Of a DNA stretch of 64,000 nt, positions 36,301-51,300 are shown one piece after another; positions within the stretch are counted from its first letter, which is position 1; the number at the start of each line of letters is the position of its first letter. A model generated the notes under the pieces. The model did not search any database and had not been told where the DNA came from. It saw nothing but the letters and a program-made list of their open reading frames with translations. Source of the stretch: Orbicella franksi (Eukaryota); NCBI GenBank assembly GCA_964199315.1, contig OZ116698.1, positions 28,210,001 through 28,274,000 on the forward strand, in the 5' to 3' direction. A program made the position numbers and the translations under genes.

Positions 36301-39300
36301 TAAAGTTGAATAAACGAATACTCTTTACACTGGTACAACTGCCAACAAAAAGTGGCAGTTATATAGTCAAGATATCTAGAGTGGCATGAATTACAAGTAC
36401 AGTACATGTATACTGGAGGAAGTTAAATAGCCAAACCACTTTTCAAATAGCTAAACACTAATTAAAATTAGTGAGTATTTAGACAATAGCCCTTTAATTG
36501 TATTCAATTGTGGTATGCATGTGAATGTCTTAAAAAATTATAAAAATAATGTGCATGTATTTATGTATATATATTACATTTGTACTTTGATACTTAATGA
36601 GTAATGAATTAAAATTATCCTTTTTATTCTAATTTTTCATTCATTTTCAGGATATAAATGGATTTCACAAGAAGGGCCATCATTCCTCACATCTTTTGGA
36701 ATTCTGCTTCACGAAAGGAGTTCCACTTGAGACTGTAAAAATACTTTTGAACGAGTTGAGTGTAGTGGAGAAATCAACTCTCCATGACCTAGAACAGGTA
36801 CAGTATCTAAAAGAAAGACACTGAGTGTATATATTATTCCAAAAAAAGTGTTTTCACCTCCTTGTCTCTATTTTACCTGTGTATCCCCCTCCCTCCCTCT
36901 TGGGACATATGTGTACACCTTGTATAGTGAAAGGGTGAGTCACAAGGCACTCGGGTTGTATTGCATATACAGTGCACAGAATGTACAGTACACAGAATTA
37001 GAAGCTCTGTAGGTCACTGGGTAGGTTGTGGGGCAGGTAAAAGAGTGCATGTGGGGTAATTAAGTACATGCACATGTCTAGGACCGGTAACTTGGTACAT
37101 TATTATTTAGTCCAACGGTTAGGACAAGACATGTCTTGGGTTAGGCCATGACTTAGCTTATTAAGAAAGTCATTTGGTAGGCCATATGTTGGTACAGTTT
37201 GTGTAGGTTGCACTGTTGTACATGCATGTATGTGTAGATTGTAGGGCATTTCACTGCCTAATGATGCAACTATGTAGTCCTTAGGATATTGGGCATAGAT
37301 GGATTGGGTGAGTCATTTCATGGGGCGAAACGTGGGGTGGACATGGAGTGAACGATTCACATAATTATTACTATAAGAGGTACATTCACAGCTTATATAG
37401 TGAATATTCAGACATATATGGCATGGTAAATATTTACACTTAGTAGGATTCAATTAATATTGCTTAACACATTTTAGACAGGTATTAACAGTATATGGAA
37501 GGCTATAAGACATGGAAACAGAAAAGTGGCTGGCTACTTTGTTAGTAAGGGTGTGGACAAGTTTGGATTTGGGTTCAACTTCCTGCATAAAGAGGTACAG
37601 ATTATTCAGATTGTAATTTTAATGCGCTCGCATGAAAATTTTATTAATAATTAATTTTGGTTCATGTGAATGCTTACAACAATTTTATGTGCACATGTGA
37701 TGTAGTTGTTTATGCCCATAATAAATTAAATATATTAATAACTGTTTTATAGTGAACACCTCTATTTTGGGACCTTCAAGAGCTTTTTCAGCCTTATATT
37801 TATGTTAAAGTAGTGATACATGTACACATTTGACAGTACTATTATAATAGTATAATAGTGTAATAATATAACAGTAAGATGAATTGACTTGTAATGTACA
37901 GTTAACACAGTACACATTTGATAACTCTCTGCAGATATAAGTTGTGGTTACACATACCAAGGTAAATAGCATTCTCAAGGTATTAACACCAAGGTTACAT
38001 AAACTCACTGCAGGAAGTATGTTACCGAGGTGTTTGCAGTCACACACAAAACTCTTCACCTGAAGGTCAATCTTTCATACTTTGGACTGGTGTGAAATGT
38101 GAAAAATGGATAATTCGAGGGAGCTTACTAGTATCATCTTGCTTTTATTACTTATGTTGTTCCATGAGTCCTCTAGATACTGCTTTATTATGTCAGCGTT
38201 TCATACAGTGAAGAATTAGAAGGTGAAGACTCTGTTTGCGCTTTATAAATGCCAATTAGCTCACAGTATTTACTACTTGACAGCACTGCGAATTATAATC
38301 GTGTATCACATGCATGCGCTCTCAGAAGTGTTTGGGTTCTTCCATGTCTGCAAATGTGGTTTCAACAGCTACTGAACGATCATGCATTAGGTCAAACCAG
38401 CAGCACTTGGAAAAGCATCTTGAAAACTGGGCATTTCACTGGGCCCATGAAGCTGGTGGTTTTGATTAAATAAGAATCTATTATTTAAATCTCCTTGTTA
38501 ATGCAGGTTGTTTCTAGACTTTCTAGGCCTAGAGATGAAATCAAAATAATCTAAGATATTGCATAATAGATCTTCCTTATACTTACAAATTGCATGCCAT
38601 CAAGCCATGATTTGAAGAAAGACCACGTTTTTGCTGCCTTGAACATGCAAAGTTGACCTGCGGAAATCTAAACCTCACGCCATCATATTTGAATTAAATT
38701 CCACTGTCTATTTTATTTGCTTATCTTTAAGGCTTGCCTTGCGATTGGTCATTAATTTTATCTTGGGGTACTTGAATAACCTGCCTATTTACCTTGGTTA
38801 ATGTTATGGGTGATTCTTTTGTTCTTTTTGATGCATTCATGGAAATACACCACAGTAAATTTACCTTGGGAAATGGCAGTCACACATGATTTGTGAGTTT
38901 CCTGAGGTAAAAAGCTCTTTTACCACGGTAAAAGGAAGATGTGTAACCACAACTATTGTGACCGTCCAAAAAGTTGTGACATGTACAAATGTTACATGTA
39001 CCTTTGAAGTGCCTGTATGGCAGTCTTAACAATTTAATGATACATGATACATAATTGTTTTCTAGACAATTTACATCACATGTATTTGTAGTAACATTAT
39101 TTGTGAGGAAACAATTTTACCCAATTTAGGAAGTTTAAAAGGGTACTAAATGCAATAAAACGTCTGTTTGCCAGGTACTGTTAAATGATGACAAAGACCT
39201 GTCAAACTTTAGAAGCCAGTCGGTGAAGAAGAAGCCTGTGGAAAACAAAATTGTAAGTACCGGTACTTGCTGAAGATGAACAGCAGAAATGAAGAAACAT

Positions 39301-42300
39301 GTTTATGCATGTGGAAAGTAATTAAACAAAATTAATGTCTCTCCATTTTCAATGGTACCTTAACTAACAAGGGAAGTCCCTTATTGAATTTGTAACATAC
39401 AAATCTGTGGATGTGAAACTAGTGCAAACAGTGGACCGGGCATGGGGTTGACAGGCTGTGAGGACAATGTTGCCAACCTGGTTTGACCATCTAAAGGAAA
39501 GTTTAAAGTACTTATAATGAAAAGAAGTTCAGGTCAGAACGTTTGGACAGCCTGGCCTGTGACAACCATTTACCCTCCTGCTGAAAATGTTAATGAAACA
39601 CCTGATAAATACACAGAGATTATATCACAATTATATCACAATCTATAACAAAATACCATTTACCCGTAGATGACGTTAACTTGGGGAACTGGAATGGTCA
39701 ACTTTTTTAAAATAATTTCCACCTACCAATGTACAAAAAACTGTAACGTTAATTTGATGCTGGTCATGATCAGGATCTAGTCATACTCTGTATTTTAGGT
39801 CATCACCTTGCTCTTGAGGTACAGTTATACTTGTCTGAGTGAAACCTTTCCTGCTTAAACAGAATAAATAAGGAATGGATGTAATTCCAATTAAATTCTA
39901 GTTCAGTTTACTATGTGTACTTGAGGACCTTATTGTCCATGAATTTCATCAGACTTGTAGAGTGCATAGAAAACCAATTTTTGAGCTGCTGGGCATGCTG
40001 TAACTACAATTGGATGATGTACTAGCCTGAAAGCCATTCTCACTAGGCCCTGAAAAGTACTTACTAGGAGGATGTATTAATTATTAATATATATATATAT
40101 TTTAATTTGGGTAGTTAATTAATTTCATCAAAAATGTTTCTACAAAAACTTCACTTACCCATGTATAGATATTGTCACATGAATATACTTAAGTTAATGT
40201 CTCTTGTTCAGATCTTACCAATTCATTGTGCCTGTATCAATCCAAATGGTGACTACCTCAAAGCTCTGTTAAACTCAGTACCAGAACATAGCATCCCAGA
40301 CAAAGATGGCTTCAAACCAATGCATTATGCTGCTGCCTGTGAAGGTCCTGGCCCTCTAAAGGTGTTGCTGGCAAGGTACTGAATGCACAGTGCTAAAAAC
40401 TTAATAATTAATTGATTGCAGATCAGCAGCTCTAATCTGTGGTAGTCAGGTAGCATAAAGGAAGTAAAAGTTGTGGTCAAAATATTGTTTCAGAGAATTG
40501 ATGTAAGGTGTAGGAAAAAAAATTTCAGTCAAGGCTGTGTTCTAAAAATTGCAAGATGTTCAAAGGTCCCTAACCACAAGATCCTGGGTGCTCAGCTCTT
40601 AAGCATATAAATTATGAAGAAAGAAAGTTTTTCTAGTTGCCCAAAGGCAAAGTTGGTTGCCTGTGGCACCCGAGTGCTTCTAGGGCACAGCCCTGTCAGT
40701 GGTGTTAAAAGCAATGCAACACAAGGCATCCCTTCTTTGTATTATTTTGCAAGCTCATATCATTCAGAGAAATTATAGTGCAATTACTCTTCCAAGTTTG
40801 TAAATAATGGAGTTGTTGATATTACTTCAGAGAAGCTATTGTGAATAGTTATGTGAGTTCATTCAAGGTCAGTCATCATTTATTTTGTTAGGGTGTACAA
40901 TGTAGGATCATGCTTTTACCAGTACTTGTTAAATAAACAAATCAAACTGATCTTTCTTCAGGGGTGCCGACCCGAATGACCCTGGACCAAAAGGTTTCAC
41001 GCCTCTAATGATTGCTTGTAAGCATGGGCGAGATGAGAATGTGAAAGAACTTTTAGCTATTGAAGATCAGAATATCGATGATATGGAGGATGATCATGAA
41101 GAAATCATTAAGAAACCAAGAGTTGCCATTGATGTTAAGAATAGGCACACCAAGGCAGCAATTCACTATGCTGCTAAACATGGACACCTGGTAGGCACTG
41201 GTGTTGTTGTTGGCTACTGTATGTGTACTTGTCAGCGGCAGGTACAGTACTGCTCAGAGATAAGCGAACATTGCAGACCTGTTTTTAACACTCCCTCAGT
41301 GTGAAGGACATCTGCGTTAATTTGTAGTACGCATTTTCGCTAATGCATTAGCTGCACATGTTTTCTGCTCCACACATTTTCTTTGTTATTCATATAACAG
41401 ATATCTCTTTAATATGTGATGCTTTGTTCATGGCAAACAAAACATGAGTCCAGCTCAAACAAAAGCACAATTAGTAAAAGCACACCAAGCAAAATTCAAA
41501 TCACAACACAGTGAATTACATGTAACAAGCACAGCTGAAAATTCCACTATCGGCAATACAACTTTGTACCACTACCTGTGAAAATTAGGCCTACTGTTGT
41601 TGCAGTTGACAGGAAAATTCAAACACCTTCATATCAAACCAACACTATGCTCAAAAATTGTAATCTCAAGTGCTGGAATGTGACAGTATCATGACATGTA
41701 CATGCTGTTGTAGCTTATACCAAATGAAGGTCACACTTTTATCAGGTGGCTTCTAACAATAAGTGCAAGTATCACAGTAAAGATACTGCGGTGGATGGGG
41801 TTGAACCTGAATATTGCCCTTGTCCTAAATTTGTGGGTTTTCTCAGCTCAGATGTATGAATGTCTCAAACCTATTTATTGGGGCAACCTAGTCAATATAC
41901 ATGTACCAAGGTATTGTGATGGACTAGTCAACAGGCACACATTCAGACATAATTGTATGCCAAGTTGTTTCATGCTACAAAAACTGGATTTTAAGTTTTA
42001 GTGAGACCTTTGTCTCTTGTAACTGAGTTGTACATGTTCCACAATAATACATAATTATACATATCAGAAGTATAGTCTAATGTACATGGACATTTTAACA
42101 ATCATTTTCAGTTTTGTTTGGCTACAAAGCTTTTTATGAAGTTGAATTTCAGAAGATGTCAAAGATTGTTTTCCTTTTGTTTAAACAGAGCACCATTAAG
42201 TTGCTAGTTGCAGCTGGTGCTAACATAAATCTTCAGACTGGCTCCTTCAGAGGAAATGTTTCAGCCTTGATGCTGGCAGCTGCTAAAGGGCATCTGGATG

Positions 42301-45300
42301 TTGTTAAAGCACTTGTTGAACTCAAGGCTTCACCTGACAAGAAAGGTAGATCATAACAAGCACATGGTGTTTAATCAAGAAACTGTGGCTGTATCTAGAT
42401 GTGATAATATTAATTATATCAATTTTGTATCAAGCTATACACTTCCTACATACATGTAGTCTGAGGTACCAGTGAACATTTGAGACAATCAGGTCTGATC
42501 CAGAATATGTATTTCCATTTTATTGCAATTTTTAACTTACCGGTACTCCTGGTGCCATTTATTTCTGTATTATTTATCCATCATAGGTAAATGGAACAAG
42601 ACAGCCTTGATTTATGCAGTGAAGAATGGCCACTCACCAGTTGCAGCATACCTTCTCAGGATCGGTGTTGATCCATGTGCTGCAGACACGTCTGGTAACA
42701 CTCCAGTTCACTATGCTGCAGCATATGGCTGGCTGCATTGCTTGAAAATGCTCATAAAAGCTGGAGCAGATCCAAATGCTGCTAACCAATGGAAGGCAAG
42801 TATAGTGGTCTTGAATCTAGTTTCGCAGAACTAATGTAAGAACTGAGTGGCTGCTGAAAGTAACTGAGAGCTATTTTTCAGAAAATGCACTGATACATCG
42901 CTACCCTTGTAAAACAAATCTGGAATATTCTAGGAATTTCTAGAATTTTTCTAGGAATATTACAGAAATAATTTCTAGAAATTTCTAGAATTTACCAGTT
43001 TTCTTTTCTGGAAAATTCTAGAAAAATCTAGAATGTTAATGAAACATGCTAATTAGGGTGGAAATGCGAGCTTTATTCCAGAAATCATAATTCGGGATCA
43101 AGTAAGATTTTTCCAGCTTTTTCCAGGTTATTACAGATGCTGCTTTCTAGATTTTTCTAGAAAATTCTTGCATTCCCTTAATAAAAGCAGGCAGAGATAA
43201 TGTATTCATTTCCAGTTTTTTCTAGGATATTCCAGTTTTCAGGATTTTTCTGTGCATTTTCCCAGCCAGCATATAATTCTGATGGTTTTAGCTGGTTCCT
43301 TATAGCATATCAGCCCCTGCCAGCTATTAGAAATTAATTCAATTCAACAAAGGGCAATTGCCATGAACTTTACCAAGCTCCTTATTCAATAAAGGAGTCC
43401 CATGCCCAACAAATACAGGAGTCAAAACAGTTCCAAAACAGTAACTTTTTATTTTAAAACAATTTAAAACTTTCATGAGGCAAATTACAGTCTATTTCCT
43501 ATCTTTTTTCGCTCCATTTGCTCTGGCCTTTTTTAGTAACAGCCCAAGATCTTTTCTCACAGATGACCTTGTTGCTGCTGGAAAGCCTTTCTTCAACACC
43601 ATACCTATTAAAAAAAAGAAGCAAATGAAAATCAGCCTTAAAAAATCAAATATCATAAATTTTAAGGATTACATAACAAATGCTGTAATAAAGGAGATAT
43701 TGAATTATGATATTACAAGTAATTGTTCAAGTAGATGTTTGTGACATTGGGGAGAGTTGACATGTAGATACATGTGGATATGTAGAAAACTGTTTTGAAT
43801 GGTTTGGCAAATTTTTTCTAGGTAACTCTCTACTGTACCTTTCATTGTGTTTAAGTCATAAATTAAGGTTGCACTGTTCTGTTGCATAGCAACAAAGTTG
43901 ACCCACTTTTTGCCATTGATTGCATCTATCTTAAAAACTAAGCCAGGGCTCCAAATTTTTGTGGCCATTGCCGATGAAATTGCTTGGGTTTTTTGAACAA
44001 AGTATGTCATCAATAATATTTTAACTGTTAATAACGTGTAAGATATTTATACACTCAATAATCAGTGTACACCACTATAAATAACTCCAAAAAAGAACTA
44101 GAAAAGATGATCAAATGCTTTGTTTAACAATGAAGTAATTGGTCATTAGTTGTAATCATACAGTCACATATAAATTGTAAGTTTTCTTATTTGTAATAAA
44201 AACTTCTTAAATACATAGCAAGCTGACAACTTAACTCATTTCTTTCAGTTGTTATCTGAAAAGAGTTAAATTCACACTGACAAAAACTGGAATATACTGG
44301 GAATTTCTTTCATTTTTGTTAAATCTCAATAAGCTGTAAACTGTTTCTGGTTTATTCCAGTTTCCTGCAAGAAATCAACCCTGGAAAAAACTGTCAAAAT
44401 CTTGCAACAACTGGTAGATGTGTCAAGTTCCAGCTATTTCCAGATTTTGACAGAATCCAAAACTTGCAAAAACTGGAAAAAAAAATTCTGGAAAAAAGCT
44501 GGAATTTGATTCTGGAATAAAGCTGTCACATTCTAGAAATTTCTAGAAACTTCCAGACCTTGACAGAAAGCTAGAAATTTGTTTTGCAAGGGTAGCGCTA
44601 CTTGTAAACTAATGTAATGAACAACATCTATGATGGACAGTACAATGCCGCAATGTCAAACATTTTTTGTCAGGAAAATGAAAACATAACACTTGTCAAA
44701 CCTTTGATTAGTACAATTTTCTGTGCATGGCGTATAATTAAGTCTTATTCATGTGGCTTCATGCCACTCATTAAGATGTTCGGTACCAATCAGTTTTGAA
44801 TAACTGATTTTTCAGGTCAGTCCACTAGCCATTGCTCTCATGAAAGACCAGATGCCTTGTGCTGATTATCTATTAAGTCTAGAAAATGTTGATGTCAACT
44901 TTCCTGATGACTGTGGACGCACTTTGCTCTGTCAAAAACTCCGCTGTTCAACTCTTAATGAGGTGTTGCTGCAGAAGGTGACCTTTCTTGTGGAGAAGAA
45001 AGGTGCAGACGTCAACAAAGCTGATATTGAGCAATGGACACCAGTAGGTTACAAGTTTGTTGTGAAAGTGCTAAGTGCTTAAGAGATTTAAAGAACTCTT
45101 TTCCAAAATGAGATACTTTGAACTGATTTTTTGTATCAGTGCCATTGAGATAAATACTGGATAGAGTTGGAGTACTTTACTTTTGGCTTTAATCACAAGT
45201 TAAAAAATGCAAAGCATATTGTTAGCATGATTTTTCTTACAAAATTGTTCTCAGTTGTGGGAAATGATACCCTAATTTTCTTTGATAGGCAAGCTTAAGG

Positions 45301-48300
45301 GTATGCAAAGTATACCTGTCATTCTCACTGATGTTGTCTAAAATTACATACTCTGCCATTTTATTGGACATATTCTGTAACCTTCCAAATGTTTAGTCCT
45401 CTTAGTCTATTGTTGCAGGACACCTGTATAAGTTACCAGCTATTCAGTTTCTTGTTTTTAATTTATACTTGGTTTACTCCTGGATGTGGAAAGGTTGAAC
45501 TTATTGAGTTTTAAGGGTGCATTACTCAGGCCAAGAGAGTATAGTTGCATTGGGATAGAGGCTAAGTATGACAAATTTCCTGGTCATGTATAGTTTATGG
45601 TGCAGGGGGATTCCCATGTGGTCATCAAGTTACCCATTTTCTGCATTTTGGGGGTTTATTTATGTTTGTTGTTTGCAGCTTCATTACCTGGCCGCAAACT
45701 CTATTTTTGAAAGACAATCACGGGTAAGTCTTCTGTTCAATGTTTCAGATTTTTTGAGAGCCATCTTTTTTGGACTTGTTTTTCCTGTTGAAAGACATTT
45801 TGATTAGACACCTACATGTAGCCACATTACCATTAACAAAAAAAGCATCATCGACAGAAATGAGTAAAAGTCAAAAAAAAAAAACTTAGTTAAAATAAGT
45901 AAATTTAGAATCATTGGTTTGGAAATATTGTTGAAATGATGCACTTCACAATAGTGCATAGAGTTTATTTCATCTACGTTTAAAGGATGACCAGCATGTG
46001 GTAATGTAGCAAGAAGTGTTTCCCACAAGCCACCCAGAGTTCAAAGAAAAATCGATCCCCTTGTAGTAGCATTGAGATGTTCTTCATTTGCAAACAAATA
46101 GCTTGCTTCCATTTTCATAGAATGCGAGCTTGTCTTATACTCCACCTCCAATACTGATGATGCCACTGGCTGAGGTGTCATGCCAACTGGCTAGATTCTT
46201 CATATCAGCTGGGGCAGATGTGGATGCCATCAACAAAGAAGGTCATACACCTATTATGGTCGCCATTTTACAGGTGAGTTTCTTCAATGATGTCATCCCA
46301 ATTGTCAAGGTTACCCACTGGAACCAGTAATGGTGAACCTTTTTAGTGATGATGCACATTGTATCATAAATTGACAATGTCTTCGTCATCGATTTTACTG
46401 TAATTCAGAAATTTTAGTGGTCAATTCAGATGATACTTTCTGTTAATTGGTCTTAAAAAGGACAGTTACAGACTGTTATTACACATACCTTAGATGTCCT
46501 GGTACTTTCAAACTTTTGTACCGACTCTTTCCTCTATGCTTCCTGTGGTTAATTAATAGGGATTTGTTTCCATGCCAAGAATAATAGTGAAGATTTCATC
46601 ATTGTTTCTGTTCTCTAGATTGAATATTAAAATGAACGACATACATGTATACGCCAGTTGCACCTTCACTCTACCCTAATCCTAACAATATCCTCACATC
46701 ATTATTTTAAGAACAATTTTCCTCTGATTGGAACACTTTTGGAATGTGGAGCCAAGGGCTCAGTGGGGAAAGATAAGGATGGCTCTCAAGTGTTGCATTT
46801 GCAAGCAGGAAAGGCTGATGAACTGGACCTATCTAATCTTTACCCAGATGCTCAAGTTGTAAGTGATTTCTTTGTACAGAATCTGCAGTTTAGTACAAAT
46901 CCAGCATGTTTGTAGGTACATCAGGGTTCCAGTTGCGGATCCAGTCCTTGGGCTAAAGGTGGGGGGAGGGGGGGGGGGGGTGGGTTTGTTTGCCCTGCAG
47001 GCTTCTCTCCCTTCTACGATTTCTTTTTTTAACCCAAACAAGGGGGTTGGGGGGTGGGGCCCCCAGGCTCCTCCCCTATATCCTCCACTGGGTTCTTAGG
47101 GCTGTCATCTAGCTAGGCCATGCTAATGATGCCCGCTTTTCTTGGGTAGATAGAGCATGTGTTCATGTGTGTACAAGGTTTGCAGATTTGTTTTTGCGAG
47201 AAGCTGATGTTACATAGATTGTGATTTTGTGTTGATTACCAGAAATTAAATCCCAGGAATTTCGTGGATTAACTTCCCTGGCCCCAGTTAATTAAAAGTA
47301 GAGGACAATGCAGGTTGTTTTACCAACATGCACCCACTGGATAGTGATTTATCTGACAGATAGTGTTATCTATCCTTTGACCCTGTAGTAAGGGCACAGA
47401 ACTACACAGGAGGATAACGATAACTACAGTGATATTCAGATATGTGAAACCTTTTCAGAAACAAGGGCAGGACGATTGATATGAGTTTGCTGTTTTGTGT
47501 TGATTACCAGTATTTGAACATAATTTATTAAAACAGGAACATTAAACCAGGAACACGTAGATGGGACTGGTTTAGGTTAAGGGTTGGATTTTTACTCTTA
47601 CCATATTAATCAAACGTTGATTTATAATCTAATCCAGGTGTTATCTGGGAACCAAACTGAGCAGCGTGAACAGCAACAGAAGCACTTTAAGTCTTTGGTC
47701 ATGAGAACAAGCAATGAAATGATGGAGAAATTGATTGCTGGAGGAGCAGAAATAAATTGTGTTAGATCAGATGGCCTCACGCCTCTTATGCTTGCACTTT
47801 CAAAGGTAGATAAATGTAATGTCTTTATAACTAACATGGAGAAACTTCAATGATGTATGTGCAGGAATAACTGAACAGTACATGTATATGAGAATACTAT
47901 GAATGCACTGCGTATAAATTATCTGATAAATGAAAACTAGTTGATGCCCAGTGATAGCAAAATACATGTATCTCAGATAGAGGAATGCATGTTCATTTGG
48001 TCTAGAAGTCATGTCTCTAAGTCCTAGCACGGATTTCTTTACCCCAAGGATCCAATTTTCACTACAGGGCTAGTTATCCAGCAGGAGATTTCATAAGGCA
48101 TAATTTAATGGTTCGCATTTTCCTTATGTAACTGTAGATCTAGTGCTTGACTGGTTCTTGTGATGTCAAACAACCTTTTTATGCTTCCAAGAATCATTAT
48201 AATTGCTTTGTCATGAAGCAACCTCAATTGAATATTAGTTTGCTCTGTTCACAGGGAAATATGGACCAATTTTCTATGCTTCTTGATCACGATGCAGATC

Positions 48301-51300
48301 CCAGCATAGGTCTCGCGAGGAGTGGAAGAAACCTCCTTCACATGTTAGCTACTGGGTGTACTGAGCATGACCTTAGAAGGTACATGAAGATTGTTCTAAA
48401 GAAGGTATGAATGACGAATCAATTTAAACCAGCACCCTTTGGCTCTATCATAATTATTACTTCGGAAAATGTTGGCCAGAATTCAGAGACTGAACCAAGT
48501 CTGGAAATCGGTTACTTTAGATATTTCTATCATGCAGGGAAAACAATTTCTTCCTTTTCAGTTTGAAAATCTGACCTAAAATTGTGTGCTCCATTATAAT
48601 TGTTAACTGCACATCTTTGCCTTGTTACATGTTAGACCAGCCCAGAAAATCTCCAGGACATGGCCAATTTGGTTGACAACAATGGCTTTACACCTCTTCT
48701 CCAAGCCTGTGAGACTATTGCTTCATCGCCTCCCAACAAGGTGAGGTTATTTCATTTGTAGGGTTAGTTAAATGTACTTTATGTTAGTGTCACTATAACG
48801 AGGGAGTGGGTAAGCAAAGCAAGGTAAGCAAACTCTGTTATCATATGATGGATGTTTTCTTGCCTTTAATTATGTCTGAGATCTCTGTTACCCCAACGTA
48901 ACTGTTTGCTAACAATCCTCTCATTGTGTTTTTTGCAACTTGCTGTGTTCCATGTTCAATCAGTTGTGAATTACATATTGTTCCATTGTTCACCTCTCTA
49001 ATGAAGTTAAATGGAGTATTTCATCTGCTAATAACTGAAAGCTTGAGAAATAACAGCAGGCCATCATTTAAGTGTTTTGCAATATACAGATGCATTTAGA
49101 AAACAAACATTTTAAGGTTCGAAAAGTTGAAAATAGGTTATGAGTTCCTGGTTAAATAAACACTGTGTTTCTGGATTTTAGGAAATAACTGAATTTGCCA
49201 AGGAATTTATCAAGGTAAACCACAATTTCCTATTTAAACTATGCATGCCTGTGATTCCTATCTGTACTTTGATAGATAATAAAATATGATTGACTTACAA
49301 CACTCAAGACTTCTTCACATTCTGGAGATTAGGCCTATGACATTGCATTTTGTTTTTATCACAGGCTTTGATTGACAAGTTTGGCTGCAGTGTAAAAGCA
49401 AGAGTTGGGAAAATCAACAAAAGCCCAAATGTATGTGATCATGATTGTGGACGATTCTCTCTGTCATTTGTTGGTTAACCTTATAGCTGTCCATTCCCGC
49501 AAACATTTGCTTGGGATGCAAGGTGTACATGGTAACTCGTGCCATTACATGTAGAGTACACTTTTTGAGGCTCACTGACGGAGTAAAACAAAGCAAATGT
49601 GTTTTTTTTGTGTGTAAAGTACGGCATTCATGTCATTCAGGTGGCTCTCTCTATAAGCTCAGCCATTTTTCAATTCCTACAAGAAAGACTTGACGCTTGA
49701 GTTAACAAAAATTCCACACTATCTGATGACATGTCCAGCACTGCAGAGATCAGTGTAGTGTGCATTGTTGTAACCTAATGTTGAACAAGCAATCAGAAAC
49801 GCCTCAGGGATAAGCGTTCTGTTACCGAAGTTTAAAAATGCTACACATGAGATGTGAAACTTCCAAAACTTCTAAACGAACCCTAGAAACGTTACTGCAA
49901 ACTAGCTACAATCTTGAGTTCACGAAAGACGTTGATACTGGGTTAAGGTGCTCTAGTTTTTGTTGAAGTTAGTATTGGCGGAAAGGTCATTAATAAAAAT
50001 TTCAAAGGTTGCAGGTTTACAGTTAACTCAAGGGCACTCTTGTTCATGTATAAATAATGCCAACTCTGTGTAACGGCGTAACGGTGTAACAGTATATGCA
50101 GTAATTGATGTTACTTCATTGCTTATGGAGGCTTTCGAATTTGTGTTCATTTCATTAGGTGTTGTTGAGAAGTCCTGAAACTTTTGGCTTAAAGAAGGAG
50201 AACGGTAAGGAAACACTGACCATCCATAAACGTCAGAAACGTAGTATGTGGAATGGCGGCAGTCATGGCGACGATGATGATGATGACGATGATGACGACG
50301 ATGATGATGGTGACGATGACGATGAAGATGAAGATGACGGTGACGTAGAAGAAGATGCTGAAGAGGAAATTTCAAATGGTATACAGAACAAGCTGTAATG
50401 TTACAACAGCATTTTTAAGCATAAAAGGGATGATAAGAAATGAATAAAACAATTTGCTTTTCTTCCAACAAATCATTTACTGCTAGCCAAAAGTGTTGCA
50501 CAGAGTGCAAAAATGTACCAAAGTGAAGTTTTACTGATCAGTGACTTAATCTTATCACCATAAGTGCTTTTGCTGTGGATAAAAACTGTAGGATTTGTAT
50601 AATGTAACTACCATTAACTTGTAAACTACCTTTATTGAACTAATTTGCAGTCATTAATATACATACTTAGTTCCAAAGCAAGCCTGCTTCCAAACTTCAT
50701 CTTGGTTGATCTTTCAAAGCTAGTTCCGTCCCGTCCGTAGGAGGTCTCGTTAAAACTGTTTGCACGCCTGTGAAGAGTTGTATGACTCGCTCAAATTTTT
50801 CACTGAGCAATCTCTAACCATTTTTGAGACGTACAGATATTGCTCAAATATCATCCACTACGACCGAATTTTCCTTCTTTTGTGGAATGTGGCATTTGAC
50901 TTTTTTCTAATTTTCTCTCTTCACAGAAACAAGTGACGCAGAAAATGATTATGGGGTCACAGGTTGGTAAAAAAATTAGCAGCTTAAACAAACCGTGACG
51001 GCGACACCAACTAGGACGTCACCAAACTAAACGTTTAATAAGTAAAACAATGGCTATGCACGTGCGTTATAAATCATTGAATATTTCTTAAACGTCCTCT
51101 GCAATACAGCAAGGTGAAATGACCAAGTTCTGCATGTTTTGGAGGACGGTCAATTTTTCTTGTTTTCAATTGGAACTGAACGCTCAGCTGACATTTCACT
51201 CTAAGCTTGAATAAGTTCTGAGCCTAATAGTCGCACTGAACAGTTCTAGACAGTTACCAAATTCGAGGGGAAAACATAACTTCATTTTTTTGCTAGGTGT

